From IMG/VR virus record IMGVR_UViG_3300045988_168409: DNA of 64,000 nucleotides. One strand, given 5' to 3'. A program made the translations under genes and the position numbers. Below the pieces are notes generated by a model that saw only the letters and a program-made list of their open reading frames with translations, had not been told where the DNA came from and made no database searches. Of this stretch, positions 50,497 to 58,868 are shown piece after piece. The DNA is from a virus. The number at the start of each line of letters is the position of its first letter. Positions within the stretch are counted from its first letter, which is position 1.

Positions 50497-51198
50497 GTGC
50501 CAAATCACAGAATCGACATAACCGGTCAACGCTTTGGAAAACTCGTTGCAATAAAGCGTTCCGAAAGGGTCAATGCCAAAGGAGAATATTATTGGGTTTG
50601 CAAATGCGATTGCGGCAATTATACCGAGGCAAACCCCGGAAATCTCCGGCATGGAAGCGTTTCCAGTTGTGGATGCGTAGCGCGCCACATACAGTCGGAA
50701 CGAATGAAAAAATGGCACAAAGAGCATCCAGAAAACCGCCGAACGCATGGTCTATCCTCTTGCAGGCTGTGGGCCGTCTGGAGAGATATGCGCGTCCGTT
50801 GCCGTGATAAGAAAAGCGCAGGCTATAAGCATTATGGCGCTCGCGGAATCAAGGTTTGCGATGAATGGGATCATAGCTTTCCCGCTTTCTACAAATGGGC
50901 CTATGAAAACGGATACGATGACACGGCACCGTCAGGGGCATGTACGCTTGATCGTATTGATGTAAACGGGAACTATGAACCAAGCAACTGCCGCTTTGTG
51001 GATGCGAGGATCCAAGCAAACAATAAGAGGACTAACCGTTTTCTGGAAATCAACGGTGAAAAACGAACGGTAGCTGACTGGGCTTCGTATTTTGGAATGC
51101 CTTATGCAACGCTCTACCATCGCGTTTTCTACCGCGGATTTACACCAGAGGACGCAGTTAATATGTCAAATAATATTCAACAGGAGGCTACCAGATGA
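50497..51198 (+). CDS. Homing-endonuclease-like DNA-binding protein
   Basis: 233 aa from GTG; ...GQRFGKLVAI...CKCDCG...; ...TLDRIDVNGNYEPSNCRFVDARIQANNKR...; sits between DUF1351 and RecT. Confidence 0.5.
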   Translation: MPNHRIDITGQRFGKLVAIKRSERVNAKGEYYWVCKCDCGNYTEANPGNLRHGSVSSCGCVARHIQSERMKKWHKEHPENRRTHGLSSCRLWAVWRDMRVRCRDKKSAGYKHYGARGIKVCDEWDHSFPAFYKWAYENGYDDTAPSGACTLDRIDVNGNYEPSNCRFVDARIQANNKRTNRFLEINGEKRTVADWASYFGMPYATLYHRVFYRGFTPEDAVNMSNNIQQEATR

Positions 51199-51947
51199 AA
51201 ACTTCCACCACTTCTTCTCGCCCGGTTCCAACTCAGCAGGGGTTGGCACCGGCAAAAACCGTTGAGGACAAGATCGTCAAGTACAAAGGCTCAACCGGGG
51301 CTGACGTAGAACTTTCTATCGCCATGACGCAGAAATACTTCTGCCCGACGGCGACTCCCGCAGAGGCATTTATGTTTAACGCATGGTGCTCCCACGTCGG
51401 TCTCGACCCGTGGAAAAAGGAGTGCTATCTCGTTAAATACGGGTCTTCGCCTCCGCAGCACCTTACATCCAAAGACGCTTTTACAAAGCGCGCAGAAGCT
51501 AACCCCCGCTACCAGGGACAGAAAGCCGGCGTGGTTGTAATCAACAGCAAAGGCGAAATTGAGGAACGGCTGGGCGAAATCATTCTCGACGGCGAAGAGC
51601 TTGTCGGCGGCTGGGCGGATGTGTACGTTTTCGGGTACATCAACCCCATCGGTGTCCGTATCGGGTTTAAGGAGCGCTGCCAGTACGGAAGAGATGGACA
51701 GCCGCAGGCGAAATGGGCTACCAGCCCCGGTCTTATGATTCGCAAATGTGCGCTTGTGGCGGCGCTTCGAGAAGCCTTTCCCGGCGATGTGGGAGGAATG
51801 TACGTTCCCGATGAACTTGGATATGAAGAAGTCCCCACAACGCCGATCGACGCTTCCAAGGTTCTTGACGTTGACCCTGACACCGGGGAGATCACCGGCG
51901 GCGCTCAGGATGACGTAGAAGCGAGCTTTTTCGCGCAGGAGGGATAA
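51195..51947 (+). CDS. recT: RecT-family single-strand annealing protein
   Basis: 250 aa; ...CSHVGLDPWKKECYLVKYG... ...MIRKCALVAALREAFP... Confidence 0.8.
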   Translation: MKTSTTSSRPVPTQQGLAPAKTVEDKIVKYKGSTGADVELSIAMTQKYFCPTATPAEAFMFNAWCSHVGLDPWKKECYLVKYGSSPPQHLTSKDAFTKRAEANPRYQGQKAGVVVINSKGEIEERLGEIILDGEELVGGWADVYVFGYINPIGVRIGFKERCQYGRDGQPQAKWATSPGLMIRKCALVAALREAFPGDVGGMYVPDELGYEEVPTTPIDASKVLDVDPDTGEITGGAQDDVEASFFAQEG

Positions 51948-51950
51948 TCT

Positions 51951-52277
51951 ATGACACCCATCGTAAAAGGCACTACGGCGGTCTTCTGGGGCCGTGTGTC
52001 GGGCAAGGACGCAACTTACAGAGAGCTGGGCAACAATCGCCGTGTTGCCAACTTCTCTCTGCTGTACGACTCGCTGCCGGGAGAAGACGGCGGACGCCGA
52101 AAGGGCGTTTACATCAACTGCTCGGCATGGGGTGAAGTTGCCGATTTCGCGCAGAATCTGGAGCGCGGAGACACGGTTCTCTGCGCGGGCTATCTCGTCA
52201 AAGACGAGTACCGCAGCCACAAAGAGAATGCCGATATCTACCAGCTCACCTGCGATTTCATTTCCGTAATGCACTGA
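51951..52277 (+). CDS. Short OB-fold SSB-like protein
   Basis: 108 aa; position after RecT; ...NFSLLYDS...YINCSAWGEVADFA...GDTVLCAGYL. Confidence 0.55.
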   Translation: MTPIVKGTTAVFWGRVSGKDATYRELGNNRRVANFSLLYDSLPGEDGGRRKGVYINCSAWGEVADFAQNLERGDTVLCAGYLVKDEYRSHKENADIYQLTCDFISVMH

Positions 52278-52340
52278 CGCGCATGGGAGGAAGAGAGCGC
52301 CCTCTTTCAGGGCGCTTCTTCGCCAAAAAGTTTTAACAGC

Positions 52341-52371
52341 GGTTGCAAAACGCGCCGCTGCTTGCCATATA
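52341..52371 (+). promoter_or_regulatory. Conserved promoter-like element (copy 9 of 9)
   Basis: GG TTGCAA aacgcgccgctgcttgc CATATA GGG, 48 nt before TTG 52420. Confidence 0.6.
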
Positions 52372-52419
52372 GGGTATAAAGCAGCTGCTCCACCCCACAG
52401 ACAGAAAGGTGTGTTTTGA

Positions 52420-53745
52420 TTGCAAGATGTAATCAACGGGTTTAGCCACGAAAAAATTCTCGCGGTTCACGCAATGGTTCCCAAAGGCGATACTTTCGAG
52501 GAAATCTTTTTGGACGGCATCGATTTATATTTTGTCCAATGGATTATCAAGTATCGAAGACTACTGACGACAAAGGACATCGGCGGAAAGAACTATTTTT
52601 TGGTGGACTATGCGAGATTGGAGGACGATTTGAAGTTCCTCCGGCTAAAGCGGCGGGCATTGAATTACAGGTTCGCAAAACTTTGCGAGCTTGGTCTGCT
52701 TGACAGAGCCGAAAGAAGTGCCGGAATGGCCGCGGCGTTCATAGAGACTGACGAATTTTTTGCATTATATAGTTCGCCTTCTGCTGATCCTCCTGTAAAA
52801 ACGGATGATTACATCTTGGAATCACACATCCACCAGGCGTCCATGGGCGAAATCAGCGAACCGGAAGCTCGCAAGAAATTGCAAGGGTCTGCAAGAAATT
52901 GCGAGGGTCTGCAAGAAATTGCGAGGTTTAGCGATAAACCGCGCAAAAATATGCGAGGTCGTGCCGATGGCGGTGCTTCGCATAATATCTGCACTAACTC
53001 AGTTAGAACCCTTGAACCAAGCAATAACAACCAACCAGGTAAGTCTCAAGAGATAACTTCCGTCCTAAGACCTACCGATAACAACCAACTGAGTATTTCT
53101 CAAGAACTTAGTGATACATACCCCGTAGAAAAAGACCCAAAAGAAAATATCCCCTACGGGGATATAAAAGAAAAGGGGAAAAAGAGAGCCCCCAAAGGCA
53201 CGGAAATGTTCCCCATTTTGCTCCCCATCCTCGACGAATCCACCCTCGCAGCGCCTTTGAAAGAGGCTCTGCGCGGCTGGCTCGAATACAAGGCGGAACG
53301 GAAAGAGAAATACGTCCCCACCGGCTTCAAGTCTTTGCTGACACAGGCTAAGAAAAACGCCGAGAAGTACGGCGACGATGCGGTCATAGACCTTATCGAC
53401 GAATGCAAGGCAAACAACTACCAGGGCATCATCTGGGATAAGCTCGCCAAACTTCCCGCCAAGGCGCAGCAGCCGAAGCTGGAAGCCGAACACGCATCCG
53501 TTAAACGCCCTGACCCGGAGATCGAGTGGCGGAAGTCCAGGTTTGCTCCGCGGGACTACAGAGCAGGACTGCGCAGCATTTCTACCAGCGAACTCCGGGA
53601 GTACCCGAAGAACAGCGGGAAATATGTCCCGTACTGGATGATTCCCGGATATATGCAGGAATACCCTGCCGGGAGCGGCAAATACGTTCCCTACTACGAA
53701 TTGCCAGGGTACGATCCCGAGCACGATGAAAATCACTGGTGGTGA
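52420..53745 (+). CDS. Replication initiator/organiser (winged-helix N-terminus, DnaD-like C-terminus)
   Basis: 441 aa from TTG 52420; precedes DnaB; contains iterons. Confidence 0.6.
   Translation: MQDVINGFSHEKILAVHAMVPKGDTFEEIFLDGIDLYFVQWIIKYRRLLTTKDIGGKNYFLVDYARLEDDLKFLRLKRRALNYRFAKLCELGLLDRAERSAGMAAAFIETDEFFALYSSPSADPPVKTDDYILESHIHQASMGEISEPEARKKLQGSARNCEGLQEIARFSDKPRKNMRGRADGGASHNICTNSVRTLEPSNNNQPGKSQEITSVLRPTDNNQLSISQELSDTYPVEKDPKENIPYGDIKEKGKKRAPKGTEMFPILLPILDESTLAAPLKEALRGWLEYKAERKEKYVPTGFKSLLTQAKKNAEKYGDDAVIDLIDECKANNYQGIIWDKLAKLPAKAQQPKLEAEHASVKRPDPEIEWRKSRFAPRDYRAGLRSISTSELREYPKNSGKYVPYWMIPGYMQEYPAGSGKYVPYYELPGYDPEHDENHWW
52871..52927 (+). repeat. Iterons: 2.8 tandem copies of GCAAGAAATTGC(A/G)AGGGTCT
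   Basis: Copies start at 52871, 52891 and 52911 (partial); inside the replication gene. Confidence 0.85.
53024..53105 (+). repeat. Second pair of direct repeats in the putative origin
   Basis: ATAACAACCAACCAGGTAAGTCTCAAGA (53024-51) and ATAACAACCAACTGAGTATTTCTCAAGA (53078-105). Confidence 0.75.
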
Positions 53746-55082
53746 ACGACATGACAATGAACGATGCGGTTCTCGCTGAGGAATCTCTGTTCGGCTGTAT
53801 CCTGGTCAGCCCTGCCGAGACGATCGGCACAATCCGTGACATTCTGCAAGCCGGAGACATAGCGCAGGAGCACATCCGCGCAGCATATTCAGCAGCATGC
53901 TCCCTAATTGACGAGAAGTCTGCCGTAGACGCAGTGACGATCCAGGAACGAGCCAGAGCGGACGGCACGGAGATCTCGTCGGAGACGATGCGAGCGGCGA
54001 TGCGGCTGTACGTCACAACGGCGAACGTTGCCAAGCTTGCGGAGATCATCCGCTCAAGGGCGATGGAGCGCGCGTCCGAAGCGATCGGCGGCAAGATGAT
54101 GAGCGGAACACTTGCGCCGACGGATGCCATTGCCGAGCTACAGCAGCTGGTTGCCGGGCAGCGGCGGACGCTTCCGACACCGGCTGAGGACGCGACCGGC
54201 TTCCTGCAGTTGATCTCCGACGTAGCGGAAGGAAAGAAGTCTCTCTTTTCACCCACCGGTCTTGCCAGGCTCGATGCGATCCTCGGCGGCGGCTTGGTTG
54301 AATCCGGCGTTATCACGCTGGCGGCGCGTCCCGGTGTAGGCAAGACGGTCGTAGGGTTTGCCATTGCGGATACCGTTGCCGCTACCGGCAAAAAAGTCGT
54401 CTACGAAAGTCTTGAAATGAGCCGAAACCAGCTTTGGGCTCGCCGTGTTGCACGAATGACAGGGCTGAACTACGGAGACATCATGCGCGGGATCTCCACG
54501 ACGCAAAAGCAGTACTGGACGGATATCACGCGGGCCATGACTGTTCTGCAGCAAAGAAATCTCGTCATAAACGACCGCCCGGCGTCGATGGATGACATCG
54601 AAGCTCACGTCCGCTCCATGGGGGATGTGGGGCTTCTTGTCATAGACCACATGGGGCTTATCCGCCCAAGCATATCCGGGTCTCTGTACGAGCAAACGAC
54701 GGAAACGTCACACCGGCTGAAACGGCTGGCGCAATCCCTGCAGATCCCTATCCTGTCGCTTTGCCAGCTCAACCGGCAAAATGAGAATCGGCAGGACAAA
54801 AAACCGAACCTTTCCGATTTGCGCAACTCCGGCGCCATCGAAGAGGACAGCGATGCCGTGATATTTCTGCACCGGCCGGCGCTTTACTGGGAACCCGACA
54901 GAAGACCGCAGCCTTGGGAGAGTCAGGAAATGGAGTTTATCGTGGCCAAAAACCGCCACGGCATGGTGGGGTCTATTTCCATGGACTTTGTGGGGTGGAA
55001 CGCACGGATTCTGGACAGATCAGACGGCGGCGGATTTTCGGAGGCGCATGAACCTACGCCGTTTGAGCAGGTAGCAGAATGA
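53739..55082 (+). CDS. dnaB: DnaB-type replicative helicase
   Basis: 447 aa; N-terminal ...AEESLFGCILVSP...; Walker A ...AARPGVGKTVVG...; ...LVIDHMGLI...; ...LSDLRNSGAIEEDSD. Confidence 0.85.
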   Translation: MVNDMTMNDAVLAEESLFGCILVSPAETIGTIRDILQAGDIAQEHIRAAYSAACSLIDEKSAVDAVTIQERARADGTEISSETMRAAMRLYVTTANVAKLAEIIRSRAMERASEAIGGKMMSGTLAPTDAIAELQQLVAGQRRTLPTPAEDATGFLQLISDVAEGKKSLFSPTGLARLDAILGGGLVESGVITLAARPGVGKTVVGFAIADTVAATGKKVVYESLEMSRNQLWARRVARMTGLNYGDIMRGISTTQKQYWTDITRAMTVLQQRNLVINDRPASMDDIEAHVRSMGDVGLLVIDHMGLIRPSISGSLYEQTTETSHRLKRLAQSLQIPILSLCQLNRQNENRQDKKPNLSDLRNSGAIEEDSDAVIFLHRPALYWEPDRRPQPWESQEMEFIVAKNRHGMVGSISMDFVGWNARILDRSDGGGFSEAHEPTPFEQVAE

Positions 55083-55570
55083 GCAGCCTTTCCTTCGAGA
55101 CGCCGGAAGATATGCCGCGCGGCATGAAAGCGTTGTACGAAGCGAAAATGGCGAAGGAACGGGCAAAGCAGACGGCGGCTGCTTCTCCCGAAGCAAAGCC
55201 AAAAAGCAAAGGCGGGAAATACCACGCCGAGAAGTGCGCGATCGGCGAGATGAAGTTTGACAGCAAGAAAGAAGCACGCCGCTGGGCGGAACTCTACGCC
55301 ATGGAGCAGCGCGGCGAAATCTCCGATCTGCGGACGCAAGTGAAGTTTGTCCTTGTTCCAACCCAACGCGAGCCGGATGTGATCGGGCCAAAGGGCGGAA
55401 TTACGCCCGGTAAGGTGCTCGAAAAAGAAGCGGCTTACATAGCGGACTTCGTTTACACGGAAAACGGCGTGGAGATCGTCGAGGACTCTAAGGGCTTTCG
55501 CACCGATGTGTACCGGCTGAAACGCAAGCTCATGCGGTATTTTTACGGGATTGCCATCCGTGAGACATAA
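55079..55570 (+). CDS. DUF1064-like (putative Holliday-junction resolvase-type) protein
   Basis: 163 aa; ...KFDSKKEARRWAELYAMEQRGEISDLRTQVKFVL... Confidence 0.55.
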   Translation: MSSLSFETPEDMPRGMKALYEAKMAKERAKQTAAASPEAKPKSKGGKYHAEKCAIGEMKFDSKKEARRWAELYAMEQRGEISDLRTQVKFVLVPTQREPDVIGPKGGITPGKVLEKEAAYIADFVYTENGVEIVEDSKGFRTDVYRLKRKLMRYFYGIAIRET

Positions 55571-55592
55571 ACCGCCCGAAAAAAAGAAAAAA

Positions 55593-55638
55593 TTTATAAA
55601 TCGCGGCAGCTTTTTGTTTATAAAACAGGGGCTGCCGC
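55593..55638 (+). promoter_or_regulatory. Symmetric element upstream of the packaging operon (late regulatory site or pac-related?)
   Basis: TTTATAAA-tc-GCGGCAGC ... TTTATAAA-acaggg-GCTGCCGC, then CATATT. Confidence 0.35.
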
Positions 55639-55651
55639 ATATTACTTTTAT

Positions 55652-56710
55652 GTGCGAAAAACGAAAGGGGAGAAGCGTGTGCAAACGGCGAACACGGCGA
55701 GGTGCGCGATATGCGGAGAAGAGTTCGCTCCGACGCAGACAATGCCGGAAAGAATCCGGCCGGATACGCCGCTCCCGTTCTGTGAGCGATGCCAACAGAA
55801 AATCTACTCGTATCTGGTCGCCCTGCCGGGCGTCGGGTACAAGATGGCTGTTTTCCTCGCCTGTTTGTTTTTCAACGTTCCCTACTTGCCGGAGGTAGCG
55901 GCGGACGCAGGGAAATTTGCCAAGGGAAGATGCGGGACGTGGCGAGGGTATTTGCTGGCGCTTCGCGCATGGCAGCGCGCCGGGCACACGGAAGCCGCAG
56001 CTGCGGACGGCATAACGGACATTCGGAAAGCCTTTGACGGCGAAAAGATGACGCTTCAGGTTTCCGATGACATGCTTTCTGCCGAAGATTACCGCTCCTT
56101 GGAACGCCAGCGGAAAGACCGCTGGGGGGACGGACCGACCGAAGAGCCCTATACACAAGCCGATTACGAGGCTATGGACAAAAACTATGATGCGCTGACG
56201 GCAGACCGAGCCTATGTATCGGAGCAGGCGGAGGCGGCTATCGTCCGCATTTGCAAGTGGACGCTGGTGCAGGAACGCTGCTTTGACAAGCAGGACTACG
56301 ACAGCGCCAAAAAGATCGGCGATCTCATCAAGGCGGAAAAAGAGGGCGAACAGCTTCGGAAAAAAGACGAGCTTCCGCAGGACCGCGTGAGACTGGACGA
56401 CATTGTGCAGGCTGTTGAGAGAGCTGGGCTTCACATCATGGATTACGACGAGCTTTGCAAAGAGCTTGCCACAAAGACATTTCACGCGCCGTATCCCTAT
56501 TGGCGCGATGCCGCCGACCAGATGCTTCTTGCCATCCGAAACTGCACCGCATGGAATGAGGGGCAGGAAGAGGTTGACCGTCTGCCGGATGCCTATGCTA
56601 TCCAGGATCCGCTGGGCGAGTTCGCCGCGGAAAACGACGAAAAGGGGCAGCAAATATACCGAGAGCTCGGCATCGTTCCTCTGGATATGCCGCAAAAGGA
56701 TAACATCTGA
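55652..56710 (+). CDS. Terminase small subunit candidate (by position)
   Basis: 352 aa from GTG 55652 (GTG 55679 behind GGGGAG is an alternative start); N-terminal CxxC...CxxC; overlaps terL start. Confidence 0.4.
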   Translation: MRKTKGEKRVQTANTARCAICGEEFAPTQTMPERIRPDTPLPFCERCQQKIYSYLVALPGVGYKMAVFLACLFFNVPYLPEVAADAGKFAKGRCGTWRGYLLALRAWQRAGHTEAAAADGITDIRKAFDGEKMTLQVSDDMLSAEDYRSLERQRKDRWGDGPTEEPYTQADYEAMDKNYDALTADRAYVSEQAEAAIVRICKWTLVQERCFDKQDYDSAKKIGDLIKAEKEGEQLRKKDELPQDRVRLDDIVQAVERAGLHIMDYDELCKELATKTFHAPYPYWRDAADQMLLAIRNCTAWNEGQEEVDRLPDAYAIQDPLGEFAAENDEKGQQIYRELGIVPLDMPQKDNI

Positions 56711-58533
56711 TGTCCAGACAGGATTACACACAAAGCCGACGCGCCGGAGGATTTGTTCGGAAGCCTACGCGCGCTGGCGTTGATTACTCACAGTTCGCAA
56801 CCAAAGAGTGGGCGCTTCTGATTTCGTTTTTTCGCTGGTATCCCGACATCATGGAGGATATTTGCGTTTCCGACAGACCGGATTACACAAATTCGCTTAT
56901 GGGGCGAGTTACCAAGCGCTATATGGCGCGATATATTGAGACTTTCACTTATGCGAGCCGAGGCTACGGCAAAACCTCCTGCATTATCTCTGACAAATGC
57001 AACAAGGGCATTCTGTGGCCGGGAGAGATCACCGGATACTACGCTCCGGTAAGCGTACAGGCTGCGCCGCTGGCGTCTAAGGCGTTTGCCAGCTATGAAC
57101 GGAATTACCCGCTTCTGGCGGCGCACTGGATCCGGAGCAACGACGCGAAGACCACATTCCGCCTTACAACGCCCGCCGGCTCCAAGTTCATTATGGACAT
57201 CCCGCGAGGCATTGATACCTCCGGCGTTGTAGCCGAAGAGGCCGGACAGGAAGACAAGAACCCGTTCAACTTCACCGACTTCAACCAGATCGTACTTGGC
57301 ACGAACCGACTGCAGTACATGGTGAACGGAGCTCCGGACCCGACGCACATAGATAACCAGATCCACTACATAACCTCTGCAAGCCGCAAAGAGAACGAAG
57401 CATTTATGGCGTGCGAGGATATGCGCCGAAGCATGATGGACGGGAAAAGCGCTTACGCGCTGTTCATTCCGTGGCAAGTCCCCGTGCTCTGCCGAATGAA
57501 GTCGTTCAACTACTACAACATGCTGCGGAAGAAGCTCAGCTCCGAGCAGTTCATGCGAGAATGCGAAACGCACTGCACGGGCGCTTCGGAGAACCCCATT
57601 ATCAAAGACAGCGTTCTTGCGGCGTCCCGGAAGGTCAAGGTCATGGAGGACAAGCACTCGGGCGAACCGGATGCAATGTATATCATCGGCTACGACGTTT
57701 CTTCCCGCGACGCCTCCGGCAACGCTCTGACGGCTATGTCGGTCATCAAATGCACCAGGCATTTCGACACGGGCAAATGGGACCACTACCGAAAGCAGCT
57801 TGTTTACGTTATGGACATGGCGCCGCCGAAAACGGCGAAAGCCCACGCAGCCATCATCAAGCGCCGCTGGGCGGATTACAGCATGGACGGCGGACTTGCG
57901 ACCTACGTTGTTATCGACGCACGGCAGTATGGCCAGAGCGTCGTAGAAGCCCTCCACGAGGATCTGGGCGACGGCCTGCCGCCGCTTTGCACCACAACGC
58001 ACGAGGAACCGTACAACGCGCTGGAGCGCGAAGGAGCGGTTCCGTGTATCTACCCGATACAGGCTACCGGAAACTCCGGACGAGACCCGAACAGCGAAAT
58101 GCTGGATTACATAGAGCGCGAGTTTGAAAACGGGAACTTCCAACTGCTTACCGCCAATCTCGACGAGGGCATGACGGCCTACAAGCTGAAGCACGGGATA
58201 AAAGACGATCTGGAAAACGCCAAGATCCAGTTCCCATATCTCAAGACCCGCGAGCTTTGCCGGCAGGTGGCAAACCTTCGGAAAAAATATGTTTCCACAG
58301 GCTACATCGAAGCCCCCATTGTGGAACGAATCCCCAAAGATATGTGGTCCGCAACACTGTACGCGGCGCGGTTTGCGCAGCGCATGGAAAAAGAAGAGCT
58401 CTATTTTCTGAACCGCCGGAAAAACGACTATGCAGACGCTTACGACGCGATGCAGGCCGACCGGCTCTCCACCACGATACAGGTTAAGCCGCGAGCCATA
58501 CACCGGCTCGGAAGGATGTGCATGCGCCCATGA
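56710..58533 (+). CDS. terL: Terminase large subunit
   Basis: 607 aa; Walker A-like ...YASRGYGKTSCII...; C-terminal nuclease-type region; followed by portal. Confidence 0.8.
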   Translation: MSRQDYTQSRRAGGFVRKPTRAGVDYSQFATKEWALLISFFRWYPDIMEDICVSDRPDYTNSLMGRVTKRYMARYIETFTYASRGYGKTSCIISDKCNKGILWPGEITGYYAPVSVQAAPLASKAFASYERNYPLLAAHWIRSNDAKTTFRLTTPAGSKFIMDIPRGIDTSGVVAEEAGQEDKNPFNFTDFNQIVLGTNRLQYMVNGAPDPTHIDNQIHYITSASRKENEAFMACEDMRRSMMDGKSAYALFIPWQVPVLCRMKSFNYYNMLRKKLSSEQFMRECETHCTGASENPIIKDSVLAASRKVKVMEDKHSGEPDAMYIIGYDVSSRDASGNALTAMSVIKCTRHFDTGKWDHYRKQLVYVMDMAPPKTAKAHAAIIKRRWADYSMDGGLATYVVIDARQYGQSVVEALHEDLGDGLPPLCTTTHEEPYNALEREGAVPCIYPIQATGNSGRDPNSEMLDYIEREFENGNFQLLTANLDEGMTAYKLKHGIKDDLENAKIQFPYLKTRELCRQVANLRKKYVSTGYIEAPIVERIPKDMWSATLYAARFAQRMEKEELYFLNRRKNDYADAYDAMQADRLSTTIQVKPRAIHRLGRMCMRP

Positions 58534-58868
58534 CGATTGAGCATTACGCCCTCTACTGTATGCTCCCGACCAATGAGAATATTGACCGGCTCGCGCAGTA
58601 CGATATGGCGTTTGCCAATCGGGATCACTGCCTTGTGATCGCGGAGGAGGCGCCGGAGGGCGCTATGGAAGTGGGAGAAGACGACCTGCGCCTGCTCGGC
58701 ACGGATGATTGGGAGTGGATCTTTGAAATGTCCAACCGAATCCGGCAGGAGCAGGAAAAGAAATATCACGCGCAGCTCATTGAGCAGCAGAAGGCGTTCT
58801 TTTCACGCTTTGAGGAGCTGCTGAAAGAGCAGGCGAAGGAGATAGCCAATGCCGCAAGAGACGAATAA
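58518..58868 (+). CDS. Hypothetical protein
   Basis: 116 aa between terL and portal. Confidence 0.45.
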   Translation: MHAPMTIEHYALYCMLPTNENIDRLAQYDMAFANRDHCLVIAEEAPEGAMEVGEDDLRLLGTDDWEWIFEMSNRIRQEQEKKYHAQLIEQQKAFFSRFEELLKEQAKEIANAARDE

